Assembly (NCBI GenBank): GCA_051362555.1
Contig: CM120645.1
Coordinates: 17,608,001-17,672,000, forward strand
Length of the DNA: 64,000 nt
DNA from: Lingula anatina
Lineage: Eukaryota; Animalia; Brachiopoda
Reading direction: 5' to 3'
The translations under genes were made by a program, and so were the position numbers. Below the pieces are notes generated by a model, which saw only the letters and a program-made list of their open reading frames with translations, did not search any database and was not told the DNA's origin. Numbering within the stretch: the first letter of the stretch is position 1; the number at the start of each line of letters is the position of its first letter. Shown piece after piece: positions 26,785-39,602 of this stretch.

Positions 26785-28011
26785 AAAATAAATAAAGCTC
26801 TTTTTCTATAGCTTGGTGCCCCTTAAAGCTACAGTTGACACTTCATTTGTCAGTACAGTATATTTTAACTTTTTTTGACTAGGTACAGTATATTGTAATT
26901 TTCTTGTATGTTTTCTAGGTTTTCTTTGCAGGCCAAGAGGTTAGCTTTTTCCAACTCAATCACCACATTTTATATGATGTCACTGATATAGTAGGATTTA
27001 AATAGGCTTAATTAATCACCATATATTGAACCTGATTAATTCACACCAATCAGGAAAAACAAGATTTTGTAATAGCTGATCACAAAATCACTGAAGTCGA
27101 AATTTTAAATATCTGAGTGGTCAGCCCACTCTGTTATGACCAAACAAGTGCATTTGTACGGAATCGATTCTCTGTAAAAGAACAAGAGTACACATGTACA
27201 AGAAAGTTTTCTGATGCATTTTCATTGACTGTCAGTATATATTTGACATTAAGGCCACAATACGAAGGGGCAGCATTTATCCCCCTTTTTTCACCTAAAG
27301 GCACGATGTAGATGTTATGTGACATGAAAAAGGTAAATTTAACTGATGGTAAAGGTATTTAAGAAAATCTTATACATGTATATGAAACACCATAAAGAGA
27401 AATAGCCCAAGCTACATTTTTGTAAATTTTGTATTGATCATTAAATTTGAAAAAAGGGTCCTTTATTATTGCAATCTTTGCCATAAACTTTTTAGCTTTC
27501 TGGCCAATTGCACCACCAGTTTCCTGAAATCTACTGGATTCACTGAGGTCCAAGTAAATTTTTGAATAGACTACACATTTTCACCTATTGCATTACTATT
27601 TGTAATAACAAGACACGGATTTTGTCACATTTTTTTTAGAATCATCATATAACAGTTATATTGAATAAAAAATTAGATCAAAAGTCACCTGGGGAGATAA
27701 AACAGTGTTATAAGTTTTACATTGCAGCAATTTTTACAAAATGTTTAAAATTTCATTCAAAAATTTTAAAATAGCCCATAAGGCCATATTTGACAATCAT
27801 GCTGCAACAGATGGGTATGGAAGTTTTGTTACTATGGAAACACATTCTAAGAAAGATATAATTAAAGTTTTCTAGGCACGTGATTTCCTACTTTTCCACT
27901 CACATATATATATACACATGTATATATTGTATACCTGATCCCGCCAGGTGTCCAGGGGGGGTTGTGCTCAGGTGCTCAGTGGGGGGGGGGGGGGGGTGGG
28001 GGGGGGGGGGG

Positions 28012-28370
28012 GGGAACCCCTATCTCAAACAATTAGAAGAGAAGTTTTCAAAAGATCACCCAACAATTCTGAAAATAAATCGACACGGCATTAGCTGACA
28101 GTGGTGAAAATTTGTAAAAGTCGGGGGGGGGGGACCGGCCCCTATCTTAAACAATTAGAAGAGAAGTTTTCAAGAGATCACCCAACTATTCTGAAAATAA
28201 ATCGACAGGGTGTTTGCCGACAGTGGTGAAAATTTGTAAAAGTCGGGGGGGGGGGGGGGGGACCCCTATCTCAAACAATTAGAAGAGAAGTTTTCAAGAG
28301 ATCACCCAACAATTCTGAAAATAAATCGACAGGGCGTTAGCTGGCAGTGGTGCAAAATTTCAAAGTCGCT
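28012..28370. repeat. 3 x ~122-bp tandem repeat separated by poly-G tracts
   Basis: cccctatctcaaacaattagaagagaagttttcaa...gtaaaagtcggggggg occurs three times. Confidence 0.85.
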
Positions 28371-28666
28371 TTTATCCGGGAGATTTGGTTACCTGTACGG
28401 GTGACGGGGAGATTCCTTCTGTATTCAGGAGACTCCCAGATTATCTGGGAGAGTCGACATGTATACAACAAGCCCAAATGAATGTCTCCCAGACGACTTT
28501 GATTTCAAGAAAACTTAGATGAATGAACACCGTTCTGTGTTGATTAGATCTATGATTTTGTAGAAACAGAATGAAAGACACGAATGTAGATAAGATTTAT
28601 CTGTTATCAAAAACTATAAGTCTTAGAGCATTTATCAGAAGGGAAGCAAATAGTCTTTATACTTAC

Positions 28667-28990
28667 CCAATAAACTAAAATGCACTCCTTTTCGATTGTG
28701 TTAACATGTATTCCGCGCTTTCCAATCCCGAAAAATCTTCACTGAATCTTTGAATATGTAAGGCGAGGTGCCAGTGGCAATTGAATGGGAAAGACGGCAT
28801 TTTGTTACGTAGTAAATAATCCTAGATATATTCCATAACGTGCGTAATGTTTGAAAATAGTATTCCGATCCGAAAGAACAAGTCTGTTGATGAAAAAAAA
28901 AAAGACCCGCAGTGAAAACGCAATCAACATATCTGTCACAACTAACACACTATATCGGAGGAGAATCGGGGCACATCAAGCGCATCCCAG
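28667..28990 (-). promoter_or_regulatory. Candidate first (non-coding) exon/promoter region
   Basis: Consensus donor GG|gtaagtat at 28667/28666 and locally CpG-retaining unique sequence upstream on the minus strand. The only nearby ATG is followed by a stop after 10 codons. Confidence 0.25.
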
Positions 28991-29480
28991 TTCAAGCTAT
29001 TTCGGCCAAGAGTCTAGATCTTTTGATTTTTAGTTCAAATATAAATTGATAATATATTGGTTGAAAAGAATTTGATTTTATAAGCATTGTTATTCATTAT
29101 TTAAAAGGAAGGAAGTTATTTTTACACTCCTTTTTTATTTCAATTTTCTCAGACGGTAGGCCTATATGTAGGCCCTATCTGTCTTGTTTGAGTTTTGATA
29201 GCAACAGCACTGTCCTCTCTACGTAACTCGTTAATGCGTGGGCAAGGGATGGAACAGCCTTATTTTGTTAAGGGTATATTTAATGAAATAAACCTACTGT
29301 CCCACACAACCGGCAGTTTTACAGAATTATTAAACCCCATTCTACCTGTCATTCAGATATTGTCTTGATTAAATTTGGTTAGATAAGAAAAGGAAGACAG
29401 AATGTGGCCCTCAATGTTCTAGGTCATTTCTGAACTATGCGCGGAGCCTGGAGAGCTATAACAAAGCAATCAAATATCAA

Positions 29481-29839
29481 CTAGAAAAGCACTCTGAGAG
29501 CGCAGACCTCCGCCATGGCTGCAATTTTTGATTTGTATTGATTATTGATTGGTTATTGATCTGGATCACCACCAAAAACTAATCACTTCTAAGTGACCTA
29601 CCCTGAAAATTTCATCAAAATCGGTCCATAACTTTTCGAGTTATGTTGATGATTGATTTTTAATTATAAATTGATTATTGATTCGGATCACCACCAAAAA
29701 CTACTTCTAAGTTAACCCATTTCTGACCTAACCTGAAAATTTCATCAAATTCGGTCCATAACTTTTTGAGTTATGTTGATGACAAACAAACAAACAGACA
29801 GACAGACGGGTGAAAACATAACCTCCTTGGCGGAGGTAA
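29481..29839 (-). mobile_element. Short HINE family C (DINE-1/pearl-like)
   Basis: CTAG end, stem-loop gcactc-tga-gagcgc, subterminal inverted pair acctccgccatgg / ccttggcggaggt, (ACAA)n(ACAG)n microsatellite, terminal hairpin acctcc-ttggc-ggaggt and two core repeats. Confidence 0.85.
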
Positions 29840-29890
29840 TAACGTTCAGCAGACGAGATCAATCGGCGCTCATTAGTTTCCGTTGTCTGC

Positions 29891-32835
29891 GGACAAAGAT
29901 CAATAACAACGAAGGCCGTGGGGAGGGGCAGGGACGTGGAAAAGGCCGTGGGGAGGGGCAGGGACGTGGAAAAGGCCGTGGGGAGGGGCAGGGATGTGGA
30001 GAAGGCCGTGGGGAGGGGTACAGACGTAGAGAAGGCCGTGGGGAGGGGCAGGGACGTGGAGAAGGCCGTGGAGAGGGGCAGGGACGTGCAGAAGGCCGTG
30101 GAGAGGGGCAGGGACGTAGAGAAGGCCGTGGGGAGGGGCAGGGACGTGGAGAAGGTCGTGGAGAGGGGCAGGGACGTAGAAAAGGCCGTGGGGAGGGGCA
30201 GGGATGTGGAGAAGGCCGTGGGGAGGGGTACAGACGTAGAGAAGGCCGTGGGGAGGGGCAGGGACGTGAATAAGGTCGTGGAGAGGGGCAGGGACGTAGA
30301 AAAGGCCGTGGGGAGGGGCAGGGATGTGGAGAAGGCCGTGGGGAGGGGTACAGACGTAGAGAAGGCCGTGGGGAGGGGCAGGGACGTGGAGAAGGGCGTG
30401 GAGAGGGGCAGGGACGTAGAGAAGGCTGCAGGGAGGGGCAGGGATGTGGAGAAGGCCGTGGGGAGGGGCAGGGACGTGGAGAAGGCCGTATGGAGGGGCA
30501 GGGACGTGGAGAAGGCCGTGGGGAGGGGCAGGGATGTGGAGAAGGCCGTGGAGAGGGGCAGGGACGTGGAAAAGGCCGTGGGGAGGGGCAGGGACGTGGA
30601 AAAGGCCGTGGGGAGGGGCAGGGATGTGGAGAAGGCCGTGGGGAGGGGTACAGACGTAGAGAAGGCCGTGGGGAGGGGCAGGGACGTGGAGAAGGCCGTG
30701 GAGAGGGGCAGGGACGTGCAGAAGGCCGTGGAGAGGGGCAGGGACGTAGAGAAGGCCGTGGGGAGGGGTAGGGACGTGGAGAAGGGCGTGGAGAGGGGTA
30801 GGGACGTAGAGAAGGCCGTGGGGAGGGGCAGGGACGTGGAGAAGGTCGTGGAGAGGGGCAGGGACGTAGAAAAGGCCGTGGGGAGGGGCAGGGATGTGGA
30901 GAAGGCCGTGGGGAGGGGTACAGACGTAGAGAAGGCCGTGGGGAGGGGCAGGGACGTGGAGAAGGCCGTGGAGAGGGGCAGGGACGTGCAGAAGGCCGTG
31001 GAGAGGGGCAGGGACGTAGAGAAGGCCGTGGGGAGGGGCAGGGACGTGGAGAAGGTCGTGGAGAGGGGCAGGGACGTAGAAAAGGCCGTGGGGAGGGGCA
31101 GGGATGTGGAGAAGGCCGTGGGGAGGGGTACAGACGTAGAGAAGGCCGTGGGGAGGGGCAGGGACGTGGAGAAGGTCGTGGAGAGGGGCAGGGACGTAGA
31201 AAAGGCCGTGGGGAGGGGCAGGGATGTGGAGAAGGCCGTGGGGAGGGGTACAGACGTAGAGAAGGCCGTGGGGAGGGGCAGGGACGTGGAGAAGGGCGTG
31301 GAGAGGGGCAGGGACGTAGAGAAGGCTGCAGGGAGGGGCAGGGATGTGGAGAAGGCCGTGGGGAGGGGCAGGGACGTGGAGAAGGCCGTATGGAGGGGCA
31401 GGGACGTGGAGAAGGCCGTGGGGAGGGGCAGGGATGTGGAGAAGGCCGTGGAGAGGGGCAGGGACGTGGAAAAGGCCGTGGGGAGGGGCAGGGACGTGGA
31501 AAAGGCCGTGGGGAGGGGCAGGGATGTGGAGAAGGCCGTGGGGAGGGGTACAGACGTAGAGAAGGCCGTGGGGAGGGGCAGGGACGTGGAGAAGGCCGTG
31601 GAGAGGGGCAGGGACGTGCAGAAGGCCGTGGAGAGGGGCAGGGACGTAGAGAAGGCCGTGGGGAGGGGTAGGGACGTGGAGAAGGGCGTGGAGAGGGGTA
31701 GGGACGTAGAGAAGGCCGTGGGGAGGGGCAGGGACGTGGAGAAGGTCGTGGAGAGGGGCAGGGACGTAGAAAAGGCCGTGGGGAGGGGCAGGGATGTGGA
31801 GAAGGCCGTGGGGAGGGGTACAGACGTAGAGAAGGCCGTGGGGAGGGGCAGGGACGTGGAGAAGGGCGTGGAGAGGGGCAGGGGCGTAGAGAAGGCTGCA
31901 GGGAGGGGCAGGGATGTGGAGAAGGCCGTGGGGAGGGGCAGGGACGTGGAGAAGGCCGTGGGGAGGGGCAGGGACGTGGAGAAGGCCGTGGGGAGGGGCA
32001 GGGATGTGGAGAAGGCCGTGGAGAGGGGCAGGGACGTGGAAAAGGCCGTGGGGAGGGGCAGGGACGTGGAAAAGGCCGTGGGGAGGGGCAGGGATGTGGA
32101 GAAGGCCGTGGGGAGGGGTACAGACGTAGAGAAGGCCGTGGGGAGGGGCAGGGACGTGGAGAAGGCCGTGGAGAGGGGCAGGGACGTGCAGAAGGCCGTG
32201 GAGAGGGGCAGGGACGTAGAGAAGGCCGTGGGGAGGGGTAGGGACCTGGAGAAGGGCGTGGAGAGGGGTAGGGACGTAGAGAAGGCCGTGGGGAGGGGCA
32301 GGGACGTGGAGAAGGTCGTGGAGAGGGGCAGGGACGTAGAAAAGGCCGTGGGGAGGGGCAGGGATGTGGAGAAGGCCGTGGGGAGGGGTACAGACGTAGA
32401 GAAGGCCGTGGGGAGGGGCAGGGACGTGGAGAAGGTCGTGGAGAGGGGCAGGGACGTAGAAAAGGCCGTGGGGAGGGGCAGGGATGTGGAGAAGGCCGTG
32501 GGGAGGGGTACAGACGTAGAGAAGGCCGTGGGGAGGGGCAGGGACGTGGAGAAGGGCGTGGAGAGGGGCAGGGACGTAGAGAAGGCTGCAGGGAGGGGCA
32601 GGGATGTGGAGAAGGCCGTGGGGAGGGGCAGGGACGTGGAGAAGGCCGTGGGGAGGGGCAGGGACGTGGAGAAGGCCGTGGGGAGGGGCAGGGATGTGGA
32701 GAAGGCCGTGGAGAGGGGCAGGGACGTGGAGAAGGCCGTGGAGAGGGGCAGGGACGTGGAGAAGGGCGTGGGGAGGGGTACAGACGTGGAGAAGGGCGTG
32801 GGGAGGGGCAGGGACGTAGAGAAGGCCGTGGGGAG
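29891..32835. repeat. 30-bp G-rich minisatellite, ~98 units (gaaggccgtggggaggggcagggacgtgga)
   Basis: Exact 30-bp phase is maintained throughout with substitutions only. Variant blocks recur at a 900-bp spacing (gctgca at 30421/31321; gccgtatgg at 30481/31381). Confidence 0.97.
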
Positions 32836-33442
32836 AAGCCGTTGGTCATTTGCCATTACATGTCATTTTTTAATCAAACTAATACGACCATTTTCTCTAT
32901 TTTTTCTGAAAGCAAACAAATATCATTTTATTTGCATTTTATTTGATGTAAGAGAGGTTTCTGAACAACAGGTTAAGTAAATAATAATAATGAAACTAGA
33001 AAAAAGAAGATAAATTTCGGAGCTTGTTTATTTCTGTCATGGGGCAGTGGTAAAACAATTAAAACTTACAGTAAATTCATCAAAGAAATACCTGTAGAGT
33101 GAGGTTATCTGCTTACCCACCACCTGGAGATGGAATTTCATTAAAAGCAGGCATTTATAATATTTCTCAATATGACATTTTCATTTTCATTATTATATTC
33201 ATTGCAGGGGGATTGTCCGGGGGGGGGCATCCTGTTACTTGGATAGATATTTGATCTCTTAGATTATCTAAAGACCAAGATGAATAAGAAAATTGGAAGC
33301 TTTTTTAAATTATACATCAACGAAATTGCTTTGGGAAGATAAGGATTAAGAAATGTAAGTTGACTTACCAACTCTATCATGTATGGCAGCAGTTTCAATA
33401 AAATTTTGTTCGGGACTTCCAGGCCTTATAAACGGATCAGGC

Positions 33443-33656
33443 GTTTACTGACACTAGCTGTAGATCTTTAGTACTAACGCCTATATTAACCACAAAACCC
33501 ACGGATTAGCCAACGCACCACACAGTTATTTAGCACCAACGAAGCAAAACCTATAGCACTAACATTCATCAGCTGTGGTAGTGTTGGATAATTTGTATGT
33601 TTTGTGGTTAAAATGGGTGTTAGAGCTAAAAGATCTGCGGGTAGCGTTAGTAAAAG
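33443..33656. mobile_element. Degenerate foldback MITE
   Basis: The arms tttactgacactagctgtagatctttag...accacaaaac and gttttgtggtt...aaagatctgcgggtagcgttagtaaa are imperfect reverse complements. Confidence 0.6.
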
Positions 33657-34208
33657 CAGTGGCGGATTTGGAGAGGGGGGGGGGTTCTGAAAAAAATCAC
33701 ACTAATATTCCCCTCTTGGATTTAGAATATTGACTAGCTGATTTATGGTGCTAAATCGTACCAAATACCAAATGGCACCGTTCGCCCTCTAAAAATACCA
33801 AAAGTTTTAGGGCCCTTCACCGGTAGAACCCCACGCCATGTAGAAGGGGGGTGTTGATTTCGCAGCCCCCCCCCCCCCCCCCCCCCCACCTTCAAATAAC
33901 CCTGTAAAGATGCGAAGAGGAAATACGTCGAAGAGAGCCACGGCCCCGGAAGTATAAATTTGACTGAGAGCTGTCTGAAAAAGAAATTAAAAAACCAAGT
34001 TTTCAGCTCACCTTATCTACACCTGAATAAAGTTGACCAACCATGCTCGATTAGGAATGGGAGGAAAGAATGTAAAATTCGAACACATGTTCATTCGCCG
34101 CCAGTTTTGACTCGACTGCTGGGATTGTGTGATGGGCGGTCACACTTGCCAATACTTCCATGTACCAGTGAATAACCAGTTATCATGCACGAATGGTAAC
34201 AGTTTACT

Positions 34209-34473
34209 CAGGGGCGGATGACAGGCCTCAGATGCGAAGCCGACCCTCGCCCCCTCCTCCATCCCCTTTGACGTGGGGTTCGGGGCCCGCTGAAGGGTAC
34301 CGACAATTTTTGGTATTTTAGAGGGCGAACGGTGCCATTTGCTACGGTCTAGAACTATGATTAAGCTAGTCAAAATTCTAATACCAAGAGAGGAGTATTG
34401 GTGTTGTTTTATTCTCAGGAACTGAAGGGGGGGGGGGTAGGACCCCCCTGACACCCCCCCAAACCCGCCACTG
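34209..34473. mobile_element. Short GC-rich MITE (CAG[G/T]GGCGG termini); relatives at ~33657-33900, 40157-40645 and 42215-42408
   Basis: Termini caggggcgga...cccgccactg. The internal motif aaatggcaccgttcgccctctaaaaataccaaaa is shared, in either orientation, among four copies. Confidence 0.65.
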
Positions 34474-36303
34474 CTTAGGCTGCAGTGTTTTGCCTGCGCT
34501 GCGGCCTCGGCCTCATTGTGACGGCACAAAATTCATGCGTTAACTGGTTAACACGCACTGCAGGAAAGGTTTCAAAAGTGTTAACTTTCGACCAGTTTGC
34601 GCTCCCACAAAAAAGAAGAAGAAGAAAGAGAAGAACCAGCCTGCCCCGTCCTGTGTTGACGTGAAAAAAGTGGGCAGGGAGCTTTTAAAATACCATTCTT
34701 TTATAGCCCGCGCTCCGACTGCCTTGGGCAGCCGTAGGTGTGTGAGGAGGGAACCTTCCCCCAATATATTTTGAAATAAGCCATTGATGTTGTGATTATG
34801 TCATGTAAATCAAATATTGGTCTTTAAAATGGAAGATAGACTGCCTTGTATGAATAAAATTAACAAACCTAGGCGGGACTAGTCTCTATAGTAGACAGCA
34901 TATGGAGTACTGCTCTCTACAAAAATTGCCCCGTTCATGAGAAGACGCGTTACTGTCTACCATAAAAAGACCCAGTTCAATAATAAATGGAACGACTTTT
35001 TATATCAAGCCTGTATCAATTTCTGATTCCCCATTGAGTAAATTCTAAATCATTCTTACGTATATGGATATTAAAATAGTTTATAATAAATGAAGAGAGA
35101 GAGAGGTTGAACAATAAGAATATAAGAACAATAAGAACAATAACAAATCTTTTACATTTATATATGCGCCTTCGGACAAAAATTCATAGAATGTGCTTGA
35201 TGAGGCAAAACAAAGATGCTGTTGTTAATGCTGAATTAATTTTGTTAATTAAAAAATAGAATAAAATAAATTAGATAAAAAAAAGTATGTTTTCAAGTAA
35301 ATATTCGATCAAATATTAATTCTTTTACGGCGTAGCATCCATTTTATATACATGTATAATGACAAGATTTTTTACCAATCTGATGAAATACAGTATAAAA
35401 TACTGAACGAACAAATTCAATAAATTAAAACAAGAATTTCAAGTCTTTGATTAAACCAGACCGATTTATTCCACTATTAGTTTATTTATTTTCACACGTT
35501 ATTGAAATCTGGAGTCTTTATACTTATGAAGTACTAACAATATACAGCAGATTAAAGCTCGAAAGATGCTCGAAAGATTGTTAACTCATTGCATAAAATT
35601 GTTTTAGTTTTAATTTGGCAGTTTTAATTGTGTAGTTTATTTGAAAACAACAGTTTTCACGCACGCTCCTGTCAATATACAGAGACGGGCTACTTATTGC
35701 CTCGGCCCTTTATAAGGAACGAACAAAACCGGTAGTTTTTAATTTTACCTGGTCACTAACATCATTATCTCGGTCTTTTCTCTCCGTAGTTCATGAAAAA
35801 ATGACAAGGTTTTACTTTTTATACCATCCGTTTTTTAAAAATGATCCTAAAAAAAGTATTATGTTCAGTTCGTATACGAAGTTCAGATTTCGTACGAGCA
35901 CCAAGAAAGGATTATGGAGCAACAAACATCGTCAACAACGTTAATTCATGTATAGTCATTTTACATCATATCCAGAAAAAGAATGACATCTAATTTTAGT
36001 ACATTTAAAAACGCCTGTGAAAGAACCCCGGATTCTTTCACGTTGTTAAATTTCAGTCTCTCGGTTGAAATAAAGAACCTGGCGTTTTTTAACGCTGCAA
36101 AAAGAAAAGAAAATAAAATGCCCCCTACCTCCAGAATGTTACGACATGTATTGTTATAGACAGGTATGAATCAAATTCAAACAGGCTAATTCAGCTTTGA
36201 TGGAAGCTGTGAAGCGCACACGACTATGAATGACAGTTTTTTTTAACAAAGGTCAAACACAATTACTACACTCTTCTCTCCGAACATGTAAAAACCCCTA
36301 TGT

Positions 36304-36558
36304 CCTTTGATTGACAAGATGCCAATCAAATTCATTAGTTTTGATAGCTGCTGTCAAGTAATAACAGCTTGATTGGCAGGTTATATAAACAAACGTCAAT
36401 CACAATCATTACGTGGATCACTATAGTCGTCGAACACGTTTAGTTCAAGCTTCCTACACCCTTTGATTGACAAGGTGCCAATCAAATTCAGTTAGTTTTT
36501 ATAGTTGCTTCAAGTTATAACAGTTTGATTGGCAGATTATATAAACAAACGTCAATCA
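36304..36558. repeat. Two-copy ~156-bp tandem duplication
   Basis: cctttgattgacaag.tgccaatcaaattc...ttatataaacaaacgtcaatca at ~36304 and ~36460. Confidence 0.8.
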
Positions 36559-37799
36559 TCGCGCACTGTGAATACTCTCGCTGTGAAACAGTGAGTACGC
36601 CAAAAGAGAGCGCTAAAATCTGAAGTTAGTAATTAAATTGCAAAATATTTCAAGAGAATATGTGCAACATGTTTCCAAAAATAGTTCTCTTTTTGAACCC
36701 TTCGGCGTGTCTAATACGACACTCTAGATTACAAACTATTTTGTAAAAAAGAAGATTTTAGCAAATAAACTAATTTAAAAACAGATTCAAGTAAAGAAAT
36801 ATGACATTTGACGTTATGTTTTTCTGCATTATGAGTGGAATATTGACAGGTTCTTTTATCGTCAAAGACTTTCTGCAAATAAATAAATAAATAAATAAAT
36901 AAACGATACTAATTCATCTTCATTAAAGGCGACATTCGTGTTGTGGTTGAGGTAAGTGGTTTAATTTTTGCGGGACTAAATGTTAGCAAGGACCTGTGTT
37001 AATAAGATAAGTGGATGGGAAAGAAAAATATAACTTTTAACAAAAATATTACTATCTTACTTAACAAACGTTGCCCTCTGTAAATGCATATAGTAGGCCA
37101 TAATAACCGATTTTTAACCATTTACCTAAAATATCTTGTTAAACGGTTTTCCTCATCTACTGATACGGATTGTTGAAATTGTAATATAAAGTTTTTCATG
37201 AATCTTTCAAACGTAGTATTACTTGTAAGATATACTATCAACAGACAAGACACGATGCATTTTTCACTTGTGTCTTACATGTACGACAAGACGCAACACC
37301 ACATACAATGAGGGATTTTTTTCATGATTTGGTCACTTATTCAGTGGATCTAAGAGGGAGGGGGCCACGTGCCCCTCCCTTTATACCTATAACTTCTGAA
37401 ATACACATTTTCCCAATCCCACCCCTCTTCCACGCACATTTGCACTTTTGCACTTCTAGCTATTCTGATCAAAGTAAAATGATATTATAAGTAATTGTAA
37501 AGTAAGTTACTCTACTAAATTTGACATCTACTAAAAACAATTTTTACACGCGGTATATTTTGGCTTCTGTCCTGTCTCAACATGGTTGTGACGACAACCA
37601 CAGATTTCATTGAAATGTGCTAGATGTGACAAGCCCTTGGTAGTTGTAAATATGTACATATATCAACGGTTTTTAACCATTTATCTCAATAAAGAATATC
37701 GTTAAAATATTTTAATGCATGTCTCTTGGCACATTGGTTCCTCATCTACCGATCAGAAATAACAGAAGACAAATGTAGAATGAAGTTGTTCATAAATCT

Positions 37800-37806
<7 letters not shown>

Positions 37807-37831
<25 letters not shown>

Positions 37832-38722
37832 TTATTTTTCTATGGCGCATTCCATTAAAAATCTCAATGCGCCTTACAACATTCACTTAAAAGAGCTAAA
37901 TAACACAATACTAATATAAGAACACATTACAATTTTAAAGGACTAAGAACTAATTTAAAGAACCAATTATTCATATTCTAAAATGATAAGAACCTAGAGT
38001 GACAACATTTAAAATTAATCATAAAATTACAGTACACCTTATTAAAAACTAAAATGAACTATATGATATTTACTGATAGGCTATTCTAAAAATATGAGTT
38101 TTCAAAAGCTTTTTAAAAGTATCTATGTCACCTGCTGCTCGTATTTCAGAGGGTAAGGTGTTCCAAACTTTGGGTGCATATATCATAAATGCCCTTTCAC
38201 CGTAAAATTTACCAGCTTTTTTCTCTAAGACACTGTGTTCTAAAAGTAAATGGCTAAAAGTTGAAGACCTGGTAACTCTTCCATGCTGATGTTGCTTCAT
38301 AAGTTCTGAGATATAAAGTGGTTTATTCTCAGTGACTGCTTTAAAAATGACACATAAAATTTTAAATAAAATTCTCTCTCTTACTGGAAGCCAGTGAAGT
38401 TCCATCAAAACAGGTGTTATATGCTCTCGGCTGTTCCATCCCATTTTAGTTACCAGCCTAGCTGCAGAATTTTGAATTAATTGAAGTTTGTTCAGATGAT
38501 TTTTGCCTAAACCATATAAGAGACTGTTGCAATAATCAAGCTTAGAAGTAATGAAAGCATGGACTAGTTTTTCAGTTGAAGTTTTGTCCAGTAAGTCACG
38601 TATCTTACTAATTCGCCAAAGTGAGTATGATGCCGATTTGCAAATTTCAGAGATCCGTCTATCCATAGTTGCATACTGATCAAAGGTGACACCTAAATCT
38701 TTCACATAGCTAGATGGATTGA
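37807..38722 (-). mobile_element. 5'-truncated L2/CR1-group LINE (C-terminal part of ORF2 plus 3' UTR)
   Basis: ORF 38070-38722 has L2-type motifs VKDLGVTFD, LVHAFITSKLDYCNSLL, LQLIQNSAARLV, HITPVLMELHWLPV, APKVWNTLP and FKKLLKTH. (TTA)n tail at ~37807-37833. Candidate TSD tgtaataa at 37799-37806 and 38723-38730. Confidence 0.92.
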
Positions 38723-38917
38723 TGTAATAAGAAGTATTACTTGCAATGTACATGTATAATACCGTAGTGCTAGACACAGTGTGTTTTTTATTTGTGTCAT
38801 ACTACTGTTTTACATTTGCCGAGCGAAAAGAGACACATTTTATCCTATGTCACCCTTCCTCTTTCAACACAAAGTCTTAGATCCTCGAGTGATTGTTAAT
38901 ACGTCAACTGTGAAATA

Positions 38918-39602
38918 GGGGAGACCGGGGCTAGTTGGCCCAATTAGACACTTTTGGCCTTGAAGTGCCAACTAGGAACAGAACCGGTTTCAAAGTAAGT
39001 CCCATGAACTAATCTACGTATCCAACGTCACTATTTTTCAAATATGATGCCAGATGGCTCACAATTTGACAAAAAACGCAGTTGACGTCAGGTTGACGTC
39101 AGGGGGGGGGCAACTTGCCCCCTATACGAAAATGAAGTAAGTATCCCATATAAATGCCTTGAAATACATTTTTATACATTTTTTAATTTATTGAATTGAT
39201 TTTTGAGAGTCTTTGATGAATAAATAGTTCAAACGAGGCAAATTTATTGAGGTTTCCGTACGTCACGTTGTGGGGGGGGGGGGGGGGGGGGGTATGTGTT
39301 GCAAGAACCAAAATATCTATCAATAAAATTTGTTTTGTTTTAATTAAGAATAAATTAATAATGGTATAAAGCAGGCTTTTAATGAATGAAAACTAATAAT
39401 AAATTTTCATTTTAAAAGAAAGTAACAAAAACAGTTTTAAACCATTGAGTTTGTTTCAACAATGGTCTCTAGCTAGCTCTGTTGCGCGTAAAGGTTCCTT
39501 AGCATTGTAGGTTACAGTCACTTTACAAGAGTGTGTGGCCAATTTTTTTACCTTGTAGTTACTTTTTCATAAATTGACAGGGCCAACTTACCCGGTCTCC
39601 CC
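38918..39602. mobile_element. MITE with TA target duplication (Tc1/mariner-pogo type)
   Basis: ta|ggggagaccggggctagttggccc ... gggccaacttacccggtctcccc|ta. Confidence 0.85.

Noticed and set aside
29773-32980. Calling the ~1000-aa minisatellite ORFs confident CDSs
   Set aside because: Three overlapping frames are open because the 30-mer lacks stops. There is no independent gene evidence, so it is kept only as a finding.
33060-33380. Several minus-strand gtaag donor-like motifs that could splice into the minisatellite ORF
   Set aside because: No consistent in-frame exon chain could be built, and an in-frame stop lies just upstream of the ATG at 32856.
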